The notes under the pieces were generated by a model that saw only the letters and a list, made by a program, of their open reading frames with translations, ran no database searches and was not told where the DNA came from. Of a DNA stretch of 59,140 nucleotides, positions 1-13,419 are shown one piece after another. A program made the translations under genes and the position numbers. The stretch is taken from contig CAJMOT010000001.1 in assembly GCA_905214995.1 (NCBI GenBank), positions 1 to 59,140 of the forward strand, written 5' to 3'. How positions within the stretch are numbered: the stretch's first letter is position 1; each line of letters starts with the position of its first letter. The DNA comes from an uncultured bacterium. Lineage in GTDB: Bacteria > Verrucomicrobiota > Verrucomicrobiia > Opitutales > Intestinicryptomonadaceae.

Positions 1-1
1 C

Positions 2-577
2 CAGGCGGCGTGCGACGCCGCCCTGCTGCCGTGGATCGGCCCGGAGGGGGCGTCCGAGCCGGGCGGCAAGCTCTCCGTTCTGCTCGACAGGGTGGAGGAA
101 CTCTGCGGGGCGGGGAAAAAAGTTTTGGTTTTCAGCCAATTCGCAAAGTTTCTCGACCTCGCGAAGTTCGCGCTTAAAACCCGCGTGGACGAGGCGGACA
201 TTTATACGCTCACGGGCTCGACGCGCGACAGGGCGGCCCCCGTCGGCGCTTTCCAGAGTTCGGGGCGCGGCTGCGTGATGCTCGTGAGCTTGCGCGCGGG
301 CGGCACGGGAATAACGCTTTCGGAGGCCGACTACATCTTTCTCGCCGACCCGTGGTGGAATCCCGCCGTGGAGGAGCAGGCCATCGACCGCGCCCATAGA
401 ATCGGAAGGCGCGGCGACGTGTTCGTCTACCGCATGATAGCCGGCGGCACCGTGGAGGAGAGGGTTCGCAAGCTCCAGGCGCGCAAGCGCAAACTTTTCG
501 ACGACCTCGTCGGCGGCCTGCGCGACGTGTCGAGCCGAGAGAAATTCGCCCAAACCATAGCGGAGATTTTAAAATGA
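2..577 (+). CDS. SNF2/SWI2-family helicase, C-terminal HELICc part (truncated at window start)
   Basis: Frame is open from position 2 (QAACDAALL...GGKLSVLL). Motifs KVLVFSQF, LVSLRAGGTGITL, DPWWNPAVEEQAIDRAHRIG and GTVEERV are typical of SNF2 ATPases. Confidence 0.93.
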   Translation, partial: QAACDAALLPWIGPEGASEPGGKLSVLLDRVEELCGAGKKVLVFSQFAKFLDLAKFALKTRVDEADIYTLTGSTRDRAAPVGAFQSSGRGCVMLVSLRAGGTGITLSEADYIFLADPWWNPAVEEQAIDRAHRIGRRGDVFVYRMIAGGTVEERVRKLQARKRKLFDDLVGGLRDVSSREKFAQTIAEILK

Positions 578-1326
578 AAATAGTGTCGTGGAATGTTAAC
601 GGTCTGAGGGCGGCGATGTCGAAAAACTTTGCGGAGTTTGTGGAGACTGTCCGGCCCGACGTGCTGTGCTTGCAGGAGACCAAAGTTCCGCGCGAAGTTG
701 CGGACTCGCTGGAAATTCCCTTCAAGCGCAAAATATTTTCGTGCGCAGACAAAAAGGGGTATTCGGGAACCGCGATATTTTCCAATATCGAACCCGTTTA
801 CATGGGGGCCGTCGCGCTCGAGGGACACCCCGAGGAGGGGCGCATAACCGTCGCGGAATTTGAGAATTTCAATCTGATAAACGTTTATGTCCCAAATTCG
901 CAGGACGGATTGAAGAGGCTGGAATACCGGACGAAATCTTGGGACGCCGACTTTTCGGCTTTCGTGAAGTCGCGAAAGAACGCGATCGTGTGCGGAGACT
1001 TGAACGTCGCGCGGACTCCGATAGACGTTTACGACCCGAAAGACGCGCGCGGATGCGCAGGATTTACCGAAGAGGAGCGCGCGGATTTTGAAAAATTTCT
1101 CTCCGAATGCGATTTGAGCGACGTCTGGCGGGATTCCCACCCCGACGAGATCAAGTACACGTGGTGGAGCTACTTTCGCAGGGCGCGCGAGCGCGGCAGA
1201 GGGTGGAGAATAGACTACTTTTTGGTATCGCGCAGCCTCCTGCCGCTGGTGAAGGGCGCGGAGCTGATGAACGAAGTGGGCGGTTCCGACCATTGCCCCA
1301 TAGCCCTCGAACTTGAAGCCGGTTAG
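574..1326 (+). CDS. xth: Exodeoxyribonuclease III / AP endonuclease
   Basis: SWNVNGLRA, CLQETK, KKGYSG, NVYVPN, CGDLNVA, YTWWSY, GWRIDYF and GSDHCP motifs. ATGA overlap with the upstream helicase. Confidence 0.95.
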   Translation: MKIVSWNVNGLRAAMSKNFAEFVETVRPDVLCLQETKVPREVADSLEIPFKRKIFSCADKKGYSGTAIFSNIEPVYMGAVALEGHPEEGRITVAEFENFNLINVYVPNSQDGLKRLEYRTKSWDADFSAFVKSRKNAIVCGDLNVARTPIDVYDPKDARGCAGFTEEERADFEKFLSECDLSDVWRDSHPDEIKYTWWSYFRRARERGRGWRIDYFLVSRSLLPLVKGAELMNEVGGSDHCPIALELEAG

Positions 1327-1548
1327 GGGTTGCGCATCCCAAATGCGCCGGAGCGCGTTCGGGTTCGCGTTGCGCGGTTTTGCATGGGCTGCGCTATTTA
1401 TTTTTATGTTCGGCTTGCGGACGCGTCACTTCGCCTGCCGCGTTTTCTTAATGGATAAAAGGCGGCGGGCGTGCGGCAAATTTCCGCGGGCAGGTAGGTT
1501 GGCGGAATGCGCAACTTATTGAAGGAAAATCTTAAAATGATTATATGC

Positions 1549-1580
1549 TTGACATTTAAAACAACATTTGAGAATAAAAT
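1549..1580 (+). promoter_or_regulatory. Possible sigma70 promoter of the PEP-CTERM gene
   Basis: TTGACA at 1549-1554 in an AT-rich tract. The -10 element is ambiguous (GAGAAT or TAAAAT, both at non-ideal spacing). Confidence 0.4.
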
Positions 1581-1611
1581 CATAACTTTTAACCCCATCT
1601 TGCACGCATCT

Positions 1612-3195
1612 ATGAAAATGAAAAAATTGTTGCCCTTCGCCGCATCGGCGTTTTTCTGTTCCCTTCCGCTTTCTGCGAATGTCCTATACTGGGTTGACGC
1701 CACTTCCTATTTCAATGCCGACGCGTCCGGTACGCTCGACGGCAGAAACATTTGGGATTTACATAGAAATTTCTCGGACGTGGAAAAATCGGAGTATTCT
1801 GACAACTACAACTGGGCTGCCGGCTATGCCGTAAGAGAGGTGTCTCTCCAGGATCCCGAGTCGGGGCAGACGACGGTTTATTATGTTCCGGTTTACGAAT
1901 ACGCCTCAACCGTGACGGCGCCCGATGAAAACACCGACGTCTATTTCAAATTCAGCGATTTTTCAACTGGCAATGCCGAAACGGGGTACAGGTACCGCAT
2001 AGCCGGTTCTCCCGTATTGCAGGCCGATACTGCCGTAAAAAGCATAACCGTCGAAAGCGCCAACGACAATTGGCTGATGTTCAGGACAAACGGCTACGAC
2101 CTCACCGTCGTGGAGGACGTGTCGTTCAATTCGACTGCCGTCTCATGGATCGGCGGCAGTTCCGCTTCCAACATTAGAATCGGCGGAAACGTTTACACGT
2201 ATGACAATAGCGTTTCCAGGTACCACGCCGTAAGGCTCGGCGGCGACGGCGTTGGGGCTATCGCAATCGGCGGCGACATAATATTTGAAAACTCGGGCAG
2301 GATACAGATGTCTACGTCCGGAGCGGAGTCGACTTTCGAAGCCCCCCAGACTGCCGTCGGCGGGATAGTCAATTTTTCAGGCTACGCCGCGCGCCTTGAC
2401 CTCGGCCGCAGGTCGGCGACGGAGCAGTTTTACTCTTTCGGCGGGCTCAGCGGCAGCAACAGCGGCGCCGTCATATCCACCGACGCCGAGGCGTACTCCA
2501 ACGGCTTGGTTTCCACATTGGTTCTCGCCAATTCTTCCGACGCGGTTTTTGCCGGCAAAATTACCAATCCCGCGACGGCCGAAGATAACGCGTCTACCGC
2601 TCTTGTCAATACGGTAAATGTCGTGATGAACGGCAGCGCCGCGCAGACGCTCTCCGGAGACAACGATTTCAGGGGCTATGTGACGGTTCAAAGCGGCACG
2701 CTGCTTTTGCGCACCGCAAACGGGGCCGCGCACGGCAAACTAACGCTAAACGGCGGCAAATTTGGCGCAATCGGCAACGCCGCGTTCTCGTCTGCCGAGT
2801 GGAACGGAGGCTCGATAGGGTTTTTCAATACGGATGAAGCCGTCGCCGTGATGACGCCCGAAACTGTGACCATAAACGGCGAATTTCTTAAAGCTGGCTC
2901 CGGCAAAATAGCGGTGGACTTCAACGGCATCGACGCCTACGACCTGATAGACAACGGGCAGTGGTACGATTTGATAGAGGCGGCGTCTCTCAGCGGATTT
3001 TCGGACGAGGCGGACGACGATTTTATCGCGGCAAACCTGTCCGGCGGCTACGCCGAATTTCAATGGGTCGACGGCGATATCGGAAAAGTTTTGCAAGTGA
3101 GCTTTTCGAGCGTCCCCGAACCCGCCGCGGTTGCGCTCCTATTGGGATTTCCCGCATTGGCTTTTGCCGCGCGCAAACGCCGGCTGTCCAAATGA
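1612..3195 (+). CDS. Secreted PEP-CTERM sorting-domain protein with an autotransporter-associated beta-strand repeat
   Basis: Signal peptide MKMKKLLPFAASAFFCSLPLSA; repeat-like TLSGDNDFRGYVTVQSGTL; C-terminal VPEPAAVALLLGFPALAFAARKRR (PEP, TM helix, basic tail). Start re-picked to ATG 1612. Confidence 0.88.
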   Translation: MKMKKLLPFAASAFFCSLPLSANVLYWVDATSYFNADASGTLDGRNIWDLHRNFSDVEKSEYSDNYNWAAGYAVREVSLQDPESGQTTVYYVPVYEYASTVTAPDENTDVYFKFSDFSTGNAETGYRYRIAGSPVLQADTAVKSITVESANDNWLMFRTNGYDLTVVEDVSFNSTAVSWIGGSSASNIRIGGNVYTYDNSVSRYHAVRLGGDGVGAIAIGGDIIFENSGRIQMSTSGAESTFEAPQTAVGGIVNFSGYAARLDLGRRSATEQFYSFGGLSGSNSGAVISTDAEAYSNGLVSTLVLANSSDAVFAGKITNPATAEDNASTALVNTVNVVMNGSAAQTLSGDNDFRGYVTVQSGTLLLRTANGAAHGKLTLNGGKFGAIGNAAFSSAEWNGGSIGFFNTDEAVAVMTPETVTINGEFLKAGSGKIAVDFNGIDAYDLIDNGQWYDLIEAASLSGFSDEADDDFIAANLSGGYAEFQWVDGDIGKVLQVSFSSVPEPAAVALLLGFPALAFAARKRRLSK

Positions 3196-3370
3196 TTTTT
3201 GCGCGGGAAATCCGCTGCGGCGCGCATAGGCGCTTCATTTGATGCGCCGCGGGGTTTTGGGTGACGGCAGCCCTGTTGCGGGGCGGCAAAGAGATATGCC
3301 ATCGGGTCGCGATCGGCGCCTTTTCATTCAATGGGAGGCGCGCCCCGCTCCCGAGCCGGTTGCGCCCTTT

Positions 3371-4252
3371 TCACAGGAAGCGGCATTGAGCGTTTTTAAG
3401 CAGGGAATTTTTAAAATATTTGCGCTGTTTTTTGACAAGGGCCGCGGTGTCGCGCGCGATTTGCCATTCGAGTTCGCGCTCGTTTTTTCCGCCGCTTTCC
3501 AGCCACGCTATCGTTTCGCGATACCCTATCGCCGAGGCGGCGGACGGATTGTTTTTTATTCCGCGCGCGAGAAGCTTTTCGGTTTCCCCTATCAGCCCTC
3601 CGGAGAGCATTCGGCGGGTTCTCTCGCGGATTCTCTCCAAGAGCGCTTCGTCGGGGGCGTCGAGAATCTGCACATTGCGCGAGATTTCCCCCATCGGGCA
3701 GGGAAGGGCGGCGAATTCCTCCGCGAGCTTGGCGCAGGTCTTGCCGCTTGCCATGCAGCGCGCGAGGGCGTTTTTTGCGCGCCTCGGGTTGAGAATGTCC
3801 ACAGTTCGCGCCGCGTCGGGGTCGATTTCGAGCAGCGCCTCGGCGAGCCTGCCCGCTCCGCTTTTCTCGATTTCGTCGCAGATTTTTTTTACGTCGCCGG
3901 GGATTTTGACGCCGTCGGTCACCGCGGCGAACCACGAGCGCAGGTAGAAGCCGCTGCCGCCGCACACAACCGCCCTTTTGCCGCGCGCGGATATGCCGTC
4001 GAGGGCGGCTTTCGCGAGCCGCGCATACTCGGCGACGTCGAAAGGTTTGTCGCAGTCGGCGACGTCTATCAGGTGGTGCGGGACTTCCGCCAGCTCTTCC
4101 GGCGCCGCCTTCGCGCTTCCGATGTCCATGCCCCTGTACACCTGCACGCTGTCGCAAGATATTATCTCGCCGCCGATTTTTTTCGCGAGCTCTATCGCCC
4201 GCCGCGTCTTGCCCGAGCACGTGACGCCCGTTATTATGAAAACCTCCGTCAT
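3371..4252 (-). CDS. miaA: tRNA dimethylallyltransferase
   Basis: GVTCSGKT P-loop, IISCDSVQVYRGMDIGSAK, HHLIDV, GGSGFY, AIGYRE. Start at MTEVF overlaps the nth stop (ATGA). Confidence 0.95.
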   Translation of the reverse strand: MTEVFIITGVTCSGKTRRAIELAKKIGGEIISCDSVQVYRGMDIGSAKAAPEELAEVPHHLIDVADCDKPFDVAEYARLAKAALDGISARGKRAVVCGGSGFYLRSWFAAVTDGVKIPGDVKKICDEIEKSGAGRLAEALLEIDPDAARTVDILNPRRAKNALARCMASGKTCAKLAEEFAALPCPMGEISRNVQILDAPDEALLERIRERTRRMLSGGLIGETEKLLARGIKNNPSAASAIGYRETIAWLESGGKNERELEWQIARDTAALVKKQRKYFKNSLLKNAQCRFL

Positions 4253-4881
4253 TTTTTTGCGCGCAGCGCGGCGCAGATTTCGCACATGGTCTCGGGAGTC
4301 TTGCACGCGCGGGCGGTGCAGAACGCGCGCCCGTAGTATATGAATTGCAGGTGCATTCCGCCCCATCTTTCGGGCGGATAGAGTTTTTTCAAATCCCTTT
4401 CCGTGCGCTCGACGCTCGAGCCGTCGGACAGCCCCCAGCGCCGGGCGAGCCTGTGTATGTGCGTGTCCACGGGGAACGCGGGGGTGTCGAAGGCCTGCAC
4501 CATCATTACCGAGGCCGTCTTGTGCCCGACTCCCGGAAGCGCCTCGAGCTCTTCGAGCGAGCGCGGGACTTCGCCGCCGTATTTGTCGCGCAGGATTTCC
4601 GCCGTCGCCCTAATGTTTTTTGCCTTTGCGTTGGATAGGCCGCACGGCCTTATGATTTCGCGTATTTGCGCCTCTGAGAGCTTGGCCATCTCTTCGGGCG
4701 TGTCGGCGAGCTCAAAGAGCCGCGGCGACACCTCGTTTACGCGCTTGTCGGTGCATTGCGCCGACAGCATCACGGCCACGAGAAACGTGAAGTCGTTGAG
4801 GCTGTCGAGCGGCACGGTCGGGTTTGGAAAAGCCTCGTCGAGCTTTTCCATTACAAAGTCCGCCCTTTGACGCTTGTTCAT
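4249..4881 (-). CDS. nth: Endonuclease III
   Basis: LVAVMLSAQCTD, HhH motif LPGVGHKTA, FPVDTH, C-terminal Cys cluster. Confidence 0.95.
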   Translation of the reverse strand: MNKRQRADFVMEKLDEAFPNPTVPLDSLNDFTFLVAVMLSAQCTDKRVNEVSPRLFELADTPEEMAKLSEAQIREIIRPCGLSNAKAKNIRATAEILRDKYGGEVPRSLEELEALPGVGHKTASVMMVQAFDTPAFPVDTHIHRLARRWGLSDGSSVERTERDLKKLYPPERWGGMHLQFIYYGRAFCTARACKTPETMCEICAALRAKK

Positions 4882-4882
4882 G

Positions 4883-8734
<3,852 letters not shown>

Positions 8735-8771
8735 TTAACGTCGGCAAATCTCCAAATTCCGCATTGTCCGC

Positions 8772-8808
8772 AAAAAAAACAAGCCCGCCGGTTTTTCGTC
8801 CGGCGGGC
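8772..8808 (-). terminator. Intrinsic terminator after the lipoprotein gene
   Basis: 9-bp stem GCCCGCCGG/CCGGCGGGC followed on the minus strand by TTGTTTTTTTT. Confidence 0.7.
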
Positions 8809-8821
8809 GGTTTGCGAAAAG

Positions 8822-9466
8822 CTATTCGGCGGATTCTCTCTTTTGGCGCTCCTTTATCAGCACTTCGTTGAAGGGGTTTTGGGCGGCCTCCGCCTTTTCA
8901 GCCTCCCTCTTCTTTTTATGCGCTTCGAGCGCCGAGGGGTATTTTTCGGGCGGAAAATATTTCAGGCACCACGCAACCTGGTCTTTTATGAGGCCGCTCG
9001 TGGCATTTGCGGGAGCCATGTTTATCGGCGAGAACCCGCGCCACGACCACACGTCGCCGCTGTCGGGCAGAACCGCCTGGATTTCGAGAGTGGCGTATGC
9101 CTGCGCGCCGGCGGAACCCAGCGAGAGGGGCTTGGAGGCCTGCATGAATACGGGGTCGGGCTCGGTCGATTCCGCCGCGGAGAGCGACATGCTCCAGAGA
9201 GGGCGGAATATTATCTGCGCCTCTTTCGCGTTTCCGACGATTTCGTATTTTTGCGCTTTCAGAAATTCCGCTACCGCCGCGCGGGTCTGGGCGTTTATTT
9301 CCGCGGCGCGCGCGGCAAAGGGGGTTCCGAGCCCCGACGGTTCGTCCACATACGCTTTGGCGAGGTTTGCGAAGGACGCGCCGTCTTTCATTTCCTGAGT
9401 GAAGTTCGAGCACCCCGCAAACAGCAAGGTTGCGCACGCCGCCGATATGGCCATCATCTTTTTCAT
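8822..9466 (-). CDS. Hypothetical lipoprotein (loosely DUF4136-like)
   Basis: GGAG upstream of MKKMM; lipobox LFAGC. The family assignment is weak. Confidence 0.75.
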   Translation of the reverse strand: MKKMMAISAACATLLFAGCSNFTQEMKDGASFANLAKAYVDEPSGLGTPFAARAAEINAQTRAAVAEFLKAQKYEIVGNAKEAQIIFRPLWSMSLSAAESTEPDPVFMQASKPLSLGSAGAQAYATLEIQAVLPDSGDVWSWRGFSPINMAPANATSGLIKDQVAWCLKYFPPEKYPSALEAHKKKREAEKAEAAQNPFNEVLIKERQKRESAE

Positions 9467-9579
9467 ATCTCCAAAAGTTTTCACTCTTTGCCGCCGCGTT
9501 CAACAACAAAATGAGCGCGCCTTTTGCGTTTTGTGTTGAAAGCTCAGGCGGGCGCGTATTATATCGCGGAGGATTTTTT

Positions 9580-10368
9580 ATGGACAACACTCAAAGATGC
9601 ATAGACGCCGTTTGGCAGGCCGTGCGCGCCGAGGCTGAAGAAGTCGCGTCGAGCGAACCGCTGCTCGCGCGGCTTGCTGACGAGGTGGTGCTCTCGCGCG
9701 GGAGCGTTTTCGAATCCGTGGGCGTGAGGCTCTCGCGGAAGCTCGGGCGCAACGCGATAGGCGAGGGCGACCTCTACGCGATTTTCATGGACGCCTTTTC
9801 GGACGACGAATCCATACGCCGCAACATCGTCTACGACATAGCCGCGATAAAGTCGCGAGACCCCGCCTGCACGGGCTTTCTGAACCCCATACTCTACTAC
9901 AAGGGCTTCATGGCGATTTCCGCGCACCGCGTATCGCACTGGCTTTGGAACAGGGGCAGAAAGGCGGCGGCGCACTACATTCAGAGCATTTGCAGCGAGA
10001 TTTTCGGCGTAGACATACACCCGGCGGCGCGCTTCGGAGGCGGCATACTTCTCGACCACGCGACCTCGTTTGTGGCGGGCGAGACGAGCGTGGTGGAGGA
10101 CAACGTTTCGATTCTGCACGAAGTCACCCTGGGAGGCACCGGCAAATCGGTGGGCGACCGCCACCCGAAGGTGATGTCCGGAGTCCTGATCGGCGCGGGC
10201 GCAAAACTAATCGGCAATATAAAAATCGGAACCGGCGCGAAAATCGGCGCCGGAAGCGTCGTGCTCGACGACGTGGAGCCCCACACGACTGTCGTCGGAG
10301 TTCCCGCGCGGCCCGTAGCCTCGGACATTGAGGACGTGCCCGCGAGGGAGATGAACCAAAAGTTTTAG
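9580..10368 (+). CDS. cysE: Serine O-acetyltransferase
   Basis: RDPAC, YKGF, GVDIHPAA, LDHAT, VTLGGTGK..GDRHPK and hexapeptide repeats; GGAGG upstream of ATG 9580. Confidence 0.96.
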   Translation: MDNTQRCIDAVWQAVRAEAEEVASSEPLLARLADEVVLSRGSVFESVGVRLSRKLGRNAIGEGDLYAIFMDAFSDDESIRRNIVYDIAAIKSRDPACTGFLNPILYYKGFMAISAHRVSHWLWNRGRKAAAHYIQSICSEIFGVDIHPAARFGGGILLDHATSFVAGETSVVEDNVSILHEVTLGGTGKSVGDRHPKVMSGVLIGAGAKLIGNIKIGTGAKIGAGSVVLDDVEPHTTVVGVPARPVASDIEDVPAREMNQKF

Positions 10369-10521
10369 CCCGCGCTCCGGTTTTTCCGGCATCTTGGAAT
10401 TTTTCCGGCGGGTTTCGGCGCGCTCTTTGCGGGGTTAGCGCGCTTTGTTTATTTCGCCGCGCCGCAGCAAAACCCGCGCTTTTGGATAGCTTCCGCCGCG
10501 GTTTGCAAAAAGCGCCCGCGG

Positions 10522-11019
10522 CTACTTGTCGGAAAGGATTTTCGGGTGGACGAGAAATTCCGCGGCCCAGGTCCCGAATTCTCCGGATTCGCCGTCCTCG
10601 AGGCGCAGGGCCGCCATGGTGCACGTTCTGAAAACGATTCTCGGCGAGCCTCCGCGGACGTTTAAAAGCAGGTTGGCGAGCTCCTCCAAAAACGGGTTGT
10701 GGGATACCATTATCAAATCTCCGCCGAAGGACGATATAGAGGCTATCGTCCGCGCGATTTCCGCGGGGTTGTCGACGGGCGTTATGTTGGAGACTTTCAG
10801 GAGCGGCGCGCGCAGGGCGAACGATTTTTTCGCCGCCTCCGCCGTCTGCGCCGCCCTCGCATACGGGCTGTGCCAAATCTGGACGACGTTTTTGAAGGTT
10901 TCGGCGTCGAAGAGCGAACAGAGCGACTTTATCTGCGCCCTGCCGCGCTCGGAGAGCCGCCTTTCCTCGTCCGGGCAGGTGTCGGCGGCCTTTGCGTGGC
11001 GCATTAGAAACAGTTTCAT
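10522..11019 (-). CDS. sixA: Phosphohistidine phosphatase SixA family
   Basis: LFLMRHAKA, RRLSERG, HSPYARAAQTA, VSHNP. Confidence 0.88.
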   Translation of the reverse strand: MKLFLMRHAKAADTCPDEERRLSERGRAQIKSLCSLFDAETFKNVVQIWHSPYARAAQTAEAAKKSFALRAPLLKVSNITPVDNPAEIARTIASISSFGGDLIMVSHNPFLEELANLLLNVRGGSPRIVFRTCTMAALRLEDGESGEFGTWAAEFLVHPKILSDK

Positions 11020-11026
11020 GGCGGTC

Positions 11027-12367
11027 TCAGACGGTTTTTGAAAAAGTGTTTTTGTGCTCCCCGAGCCTTCCGTCGAAGAGCATGGCGATGTTTCTCAAAA
11101 ACAGCCGCCCGAGCGGGGTGACGGAAAATCCCCCCGAGCGGATTTCGACGAGCCCGTCGCTTTTCATTCCTTCCAGCTTTTCGAGCGCGCCTCCGAACTT
11201 TTTTTCAAAGTCTATCCCGTAGTTTGCGTAGTCAACGCGGAGCATGCACATTATGTCCATTATCACGGCGCGCCGCAGGATGTCTTCGCCGTCGAGCACG
11301 ATTCCGCGCTCTATCGGAAGCCGCCCGGCTTCGACTGATTTTTTGTAGTCCTCCATCAGCTTGAAGTTTTGGCGGTAGGAGGTTTTTGTCTCTGAAATCG
11401 AAGTCATCCCGACCGCGAACAGATCCACGCCCGCCCGGGTGCTGTACCCCTGAAAGTTCCTGTGCAGGGTTCCGTTTTCGCGCGCCTTTATCAGCTCGTC
11501 GCCGGGCTTTGCGAAGTGGTCGAGGCCGATAAATTCGTAGCCCGCCTCCTCGAAAGTCCGCTTGCCGAGTATGAAGAGCTCAGCCTTTTCGTCCGACGTC
11601 GGTATGCCGCATTTTTCGAGCGACTTCTGCGCGGGCTTCACCCACGGCACGTGCGCGTACCCGAATAGCGCGATCCGCGCGGGCTTTAAGTCGAGCGCGT
11701 CGGAGAGCGTCTTTTTGAAGGATTCGCGGGTTTGCAGCGGGAGCCCGTATATGAGATCCGCGTTTATGGAGAGTATGCCGTTTGCGCGCAGCCGCTCAAC
11801 GGCTTCGAGGTTTCTGGATTGCGGCTGAACCCTGTTTATTGCCTTTTGGACTTTTTCGTCGGTGTCCTGGACTCCTATTGACGCGCGGTTTACGCCGATT
11901 TTCGCGAAGGCTTCGACCTTTTCGGGCGTGAGCGTGCGCGGGTCGAGCTCGGCGGAAAATTCGCAGCCGTCCGCGATGTCGAAAAATCTTCGGACGATTT
12001 CGCCGAGGCGGGCGGTCTGGTCCGCCGACAGAAAATTCGGGCTTCCCCCGCCGAGGTGTATCTGGCGCAGCAGCCTTTTGGTCATTCCCGCCTCGCGCCA
12101 GTTGGAGAGCTCCGTTTCGACCAGCCCGAGATATTCGTCGGCGGACTTGCTGTCGCGCCCGAGGGAAGTCGTGCAGCCGCAGAATCGGCAGAGGTTCGAG
12201 CAGAACGGAATGTGGATATATAAAGACGCGTCGGGGATCGCCGGCATCGCGAGCCTTTCGAGGTTTTTTTTGTCGGCGTCCTTCGAGAAGTCGAGCGCGG
12301 TGGGATAGGAGGTGTACCTCGGGCCCGGAACGGCGTACTTTGCTATTAGGCGCTTTAAGTTTTCCAT
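11027..12367 (-). CDS. hemN: Oxygen-independent coproporphyrinogen III oxidase
   Basis: KYAVPGPRYTSYPTA, YIHIPFCSNLCRFCGC radical-SAM motif, IGLDHFA, LHRNFQGY. Confidence 0.96.
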   Translation of the reverse strand: MENLKRLIAKYAVPGPRYTSYPTALDFSKDADKKNLERLAMPAIPDASLYIHIPFCSNLCRFCGCTTSLGRDSKSADEYLGLVETELSNWREAGMTKRLLRQIHLGGGSPNFLSADQTARLGEIVRRFFDIADGCEFSAELDPRTLTPEKVEAFAKIGVNRASIGVQDTDEKVQKAINRVQPQSRNLEAVERLRANGILSINADLIYGLPLQTRESFKKTLSDALDLKPARIALFGYAHVPWVKPAQKSLEKCGIPTSDEKAELFILGKRTFEEAGYEFIGLDHFAKPGDELIKARENGTLHRNFQGYSTRAGVDLFAVGMTSISETKTSYRQNFKLMEDYKKSVEAGRLPIERGIVLDGEDILRRAVIMDIMCMLRVDYANYGIDFEKKFGGALEKLEGMKSDGLVEIRSGGFSVTPLGRLFLRNIAMLFDGRLGEHKNTFSKTV

Positions 12368-12374
12368 AAAATAT

Positions 12375-13418
12375 TTACGCCCCCTCCGAGACGGCGGCGC
12401 AGAGAGCTTCGACGTTTTCGATTTTAGCGTCGGGAAGTATCCCGTGGCCGAGGTTGAATATGTGCCTGCCGAACGGCTTTTGCGACGCGATTATTTCGCG
12501 CGCCCTCTCCGCGACTTCAGCCGGCGACGCGCGGGAGAGCAGCAGGGGGTCGAGGTTGCCTTGGAGCGCGTAATCCCCCGGATTGGCCCCGCGTATTGCG
12601 GCGAGGTCGTTGCCAGTGTAAACGGAGTACGCGTCGGCTCCCGCGGAGGCGGTTTCGGGGAATCTGCCCGCCCCGAGGGGGGTGAATAAAAAGGTTTTAA
12701 CGCGCCCTTTCAGCGCGCCCAAAATTCTGGCGTTCCATTTCCCGGACAGCTCCCAGTAGCCTCCGTCCGGTATGAGAAGCGCGTTGGAGTCGAAAATCTG
12801 GAAGGCGTCTATTCCGCATTCGGACTGCATCAGCGCATATTCTTCTGCGGCCTCGCAGAGGGCTTCCATGAGCTTCTCAAAGGCTTTCGGGGAATTTTTC
12901 ACAAATTCGGAAAACTTCGGAAAAGTTTTCGAGCCGCCGCCTTCTACCATGTATGCGGCGAGTGTGAACGGCGCCCCGCAGAATCCGAAAACCGCCCTGT
13001 CCGGCAGTTGCGAGCGCAGAATTTTTATGTTTTCGGCGACGTACCCGAGATTTTCCCGCGCGCGCTCCTTCGGGGAAGCTATTTCGGCGTCGGATTCGTT
13101 TTTTACCGTCCGCTCCATCTCTATCCCCCCGCCGTCCTTGAAGCGGTACGGGAATCCGAGAGCCTCCGGAATTGTCAGTATGTCCGAGAACGCTATCGCG
13201 CAGTCGAACCCGAAGCGGCGTATGGGCTGCATGGCGGCTTCCGCAGCGAGCTCGGGAGTCTTGACTATCCCGAGGAACCCGCGCTTTTCCTTCAGCTCGC
13301 GGTATTCCGGCAAATACCTGCCCGCCTGCCTCATTATCCAGAGGGGAGGGCGGGAAGTCGGCCTGCCGTCGCAGGCGTCGAGGAAGAGCTGCCTCGGGGT
13401 TGTGTTTGCGGCGTCCAT
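12375..13418 (-). CDS. hemE: Uroporphyrinogen decarboxylase
   Basis: PLWIMRQAGRYLPEY, FSDIL, GFCGAPFTLAAY, QGNLDP, IFNLGHGI. Confidence 0.96.
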   Translation of the reverse strand: MDAANTTPRQLFLDACDGRPTSRPPLWIMRQAGRYLPEYRELKEKRGFLGIVKTPELAAEAAMQPIRRFGFDCAIAFSDILTIPEALGFPYRFKDGGGIEMERTVKNESDAEIASPKERARENLGYVAENIKILRSQLPDRAVFGFCGAPFTLAAYMVEGGGSKTFPKFSEFVKNSPKAFEKLMEALCEAAEEYALMQSECGIDAFQIFDSNALLIPDGGYWELSGKWNARILGALKGRVKTFLFTPLGAGRFPETASAGADAYSVYTGNDLAAIRGANPGDYALQGNLDPLLLSRASPAEVAERAREIIASQKPFGRHIFNLGHGILPDAKIENVEALCAAVSEGA

Positions 13419-13419
13419 T

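Noticed and set aside
1329..1515. 12-bp imperfect inverted repeat (GTTGCGCATCCC / GGAATGCGCAAC) bounding about 187 bp, considered as a MITE
   Set aside because: No target-site duplication, no second copy in the window, and the core is a palindrome common in this genome.
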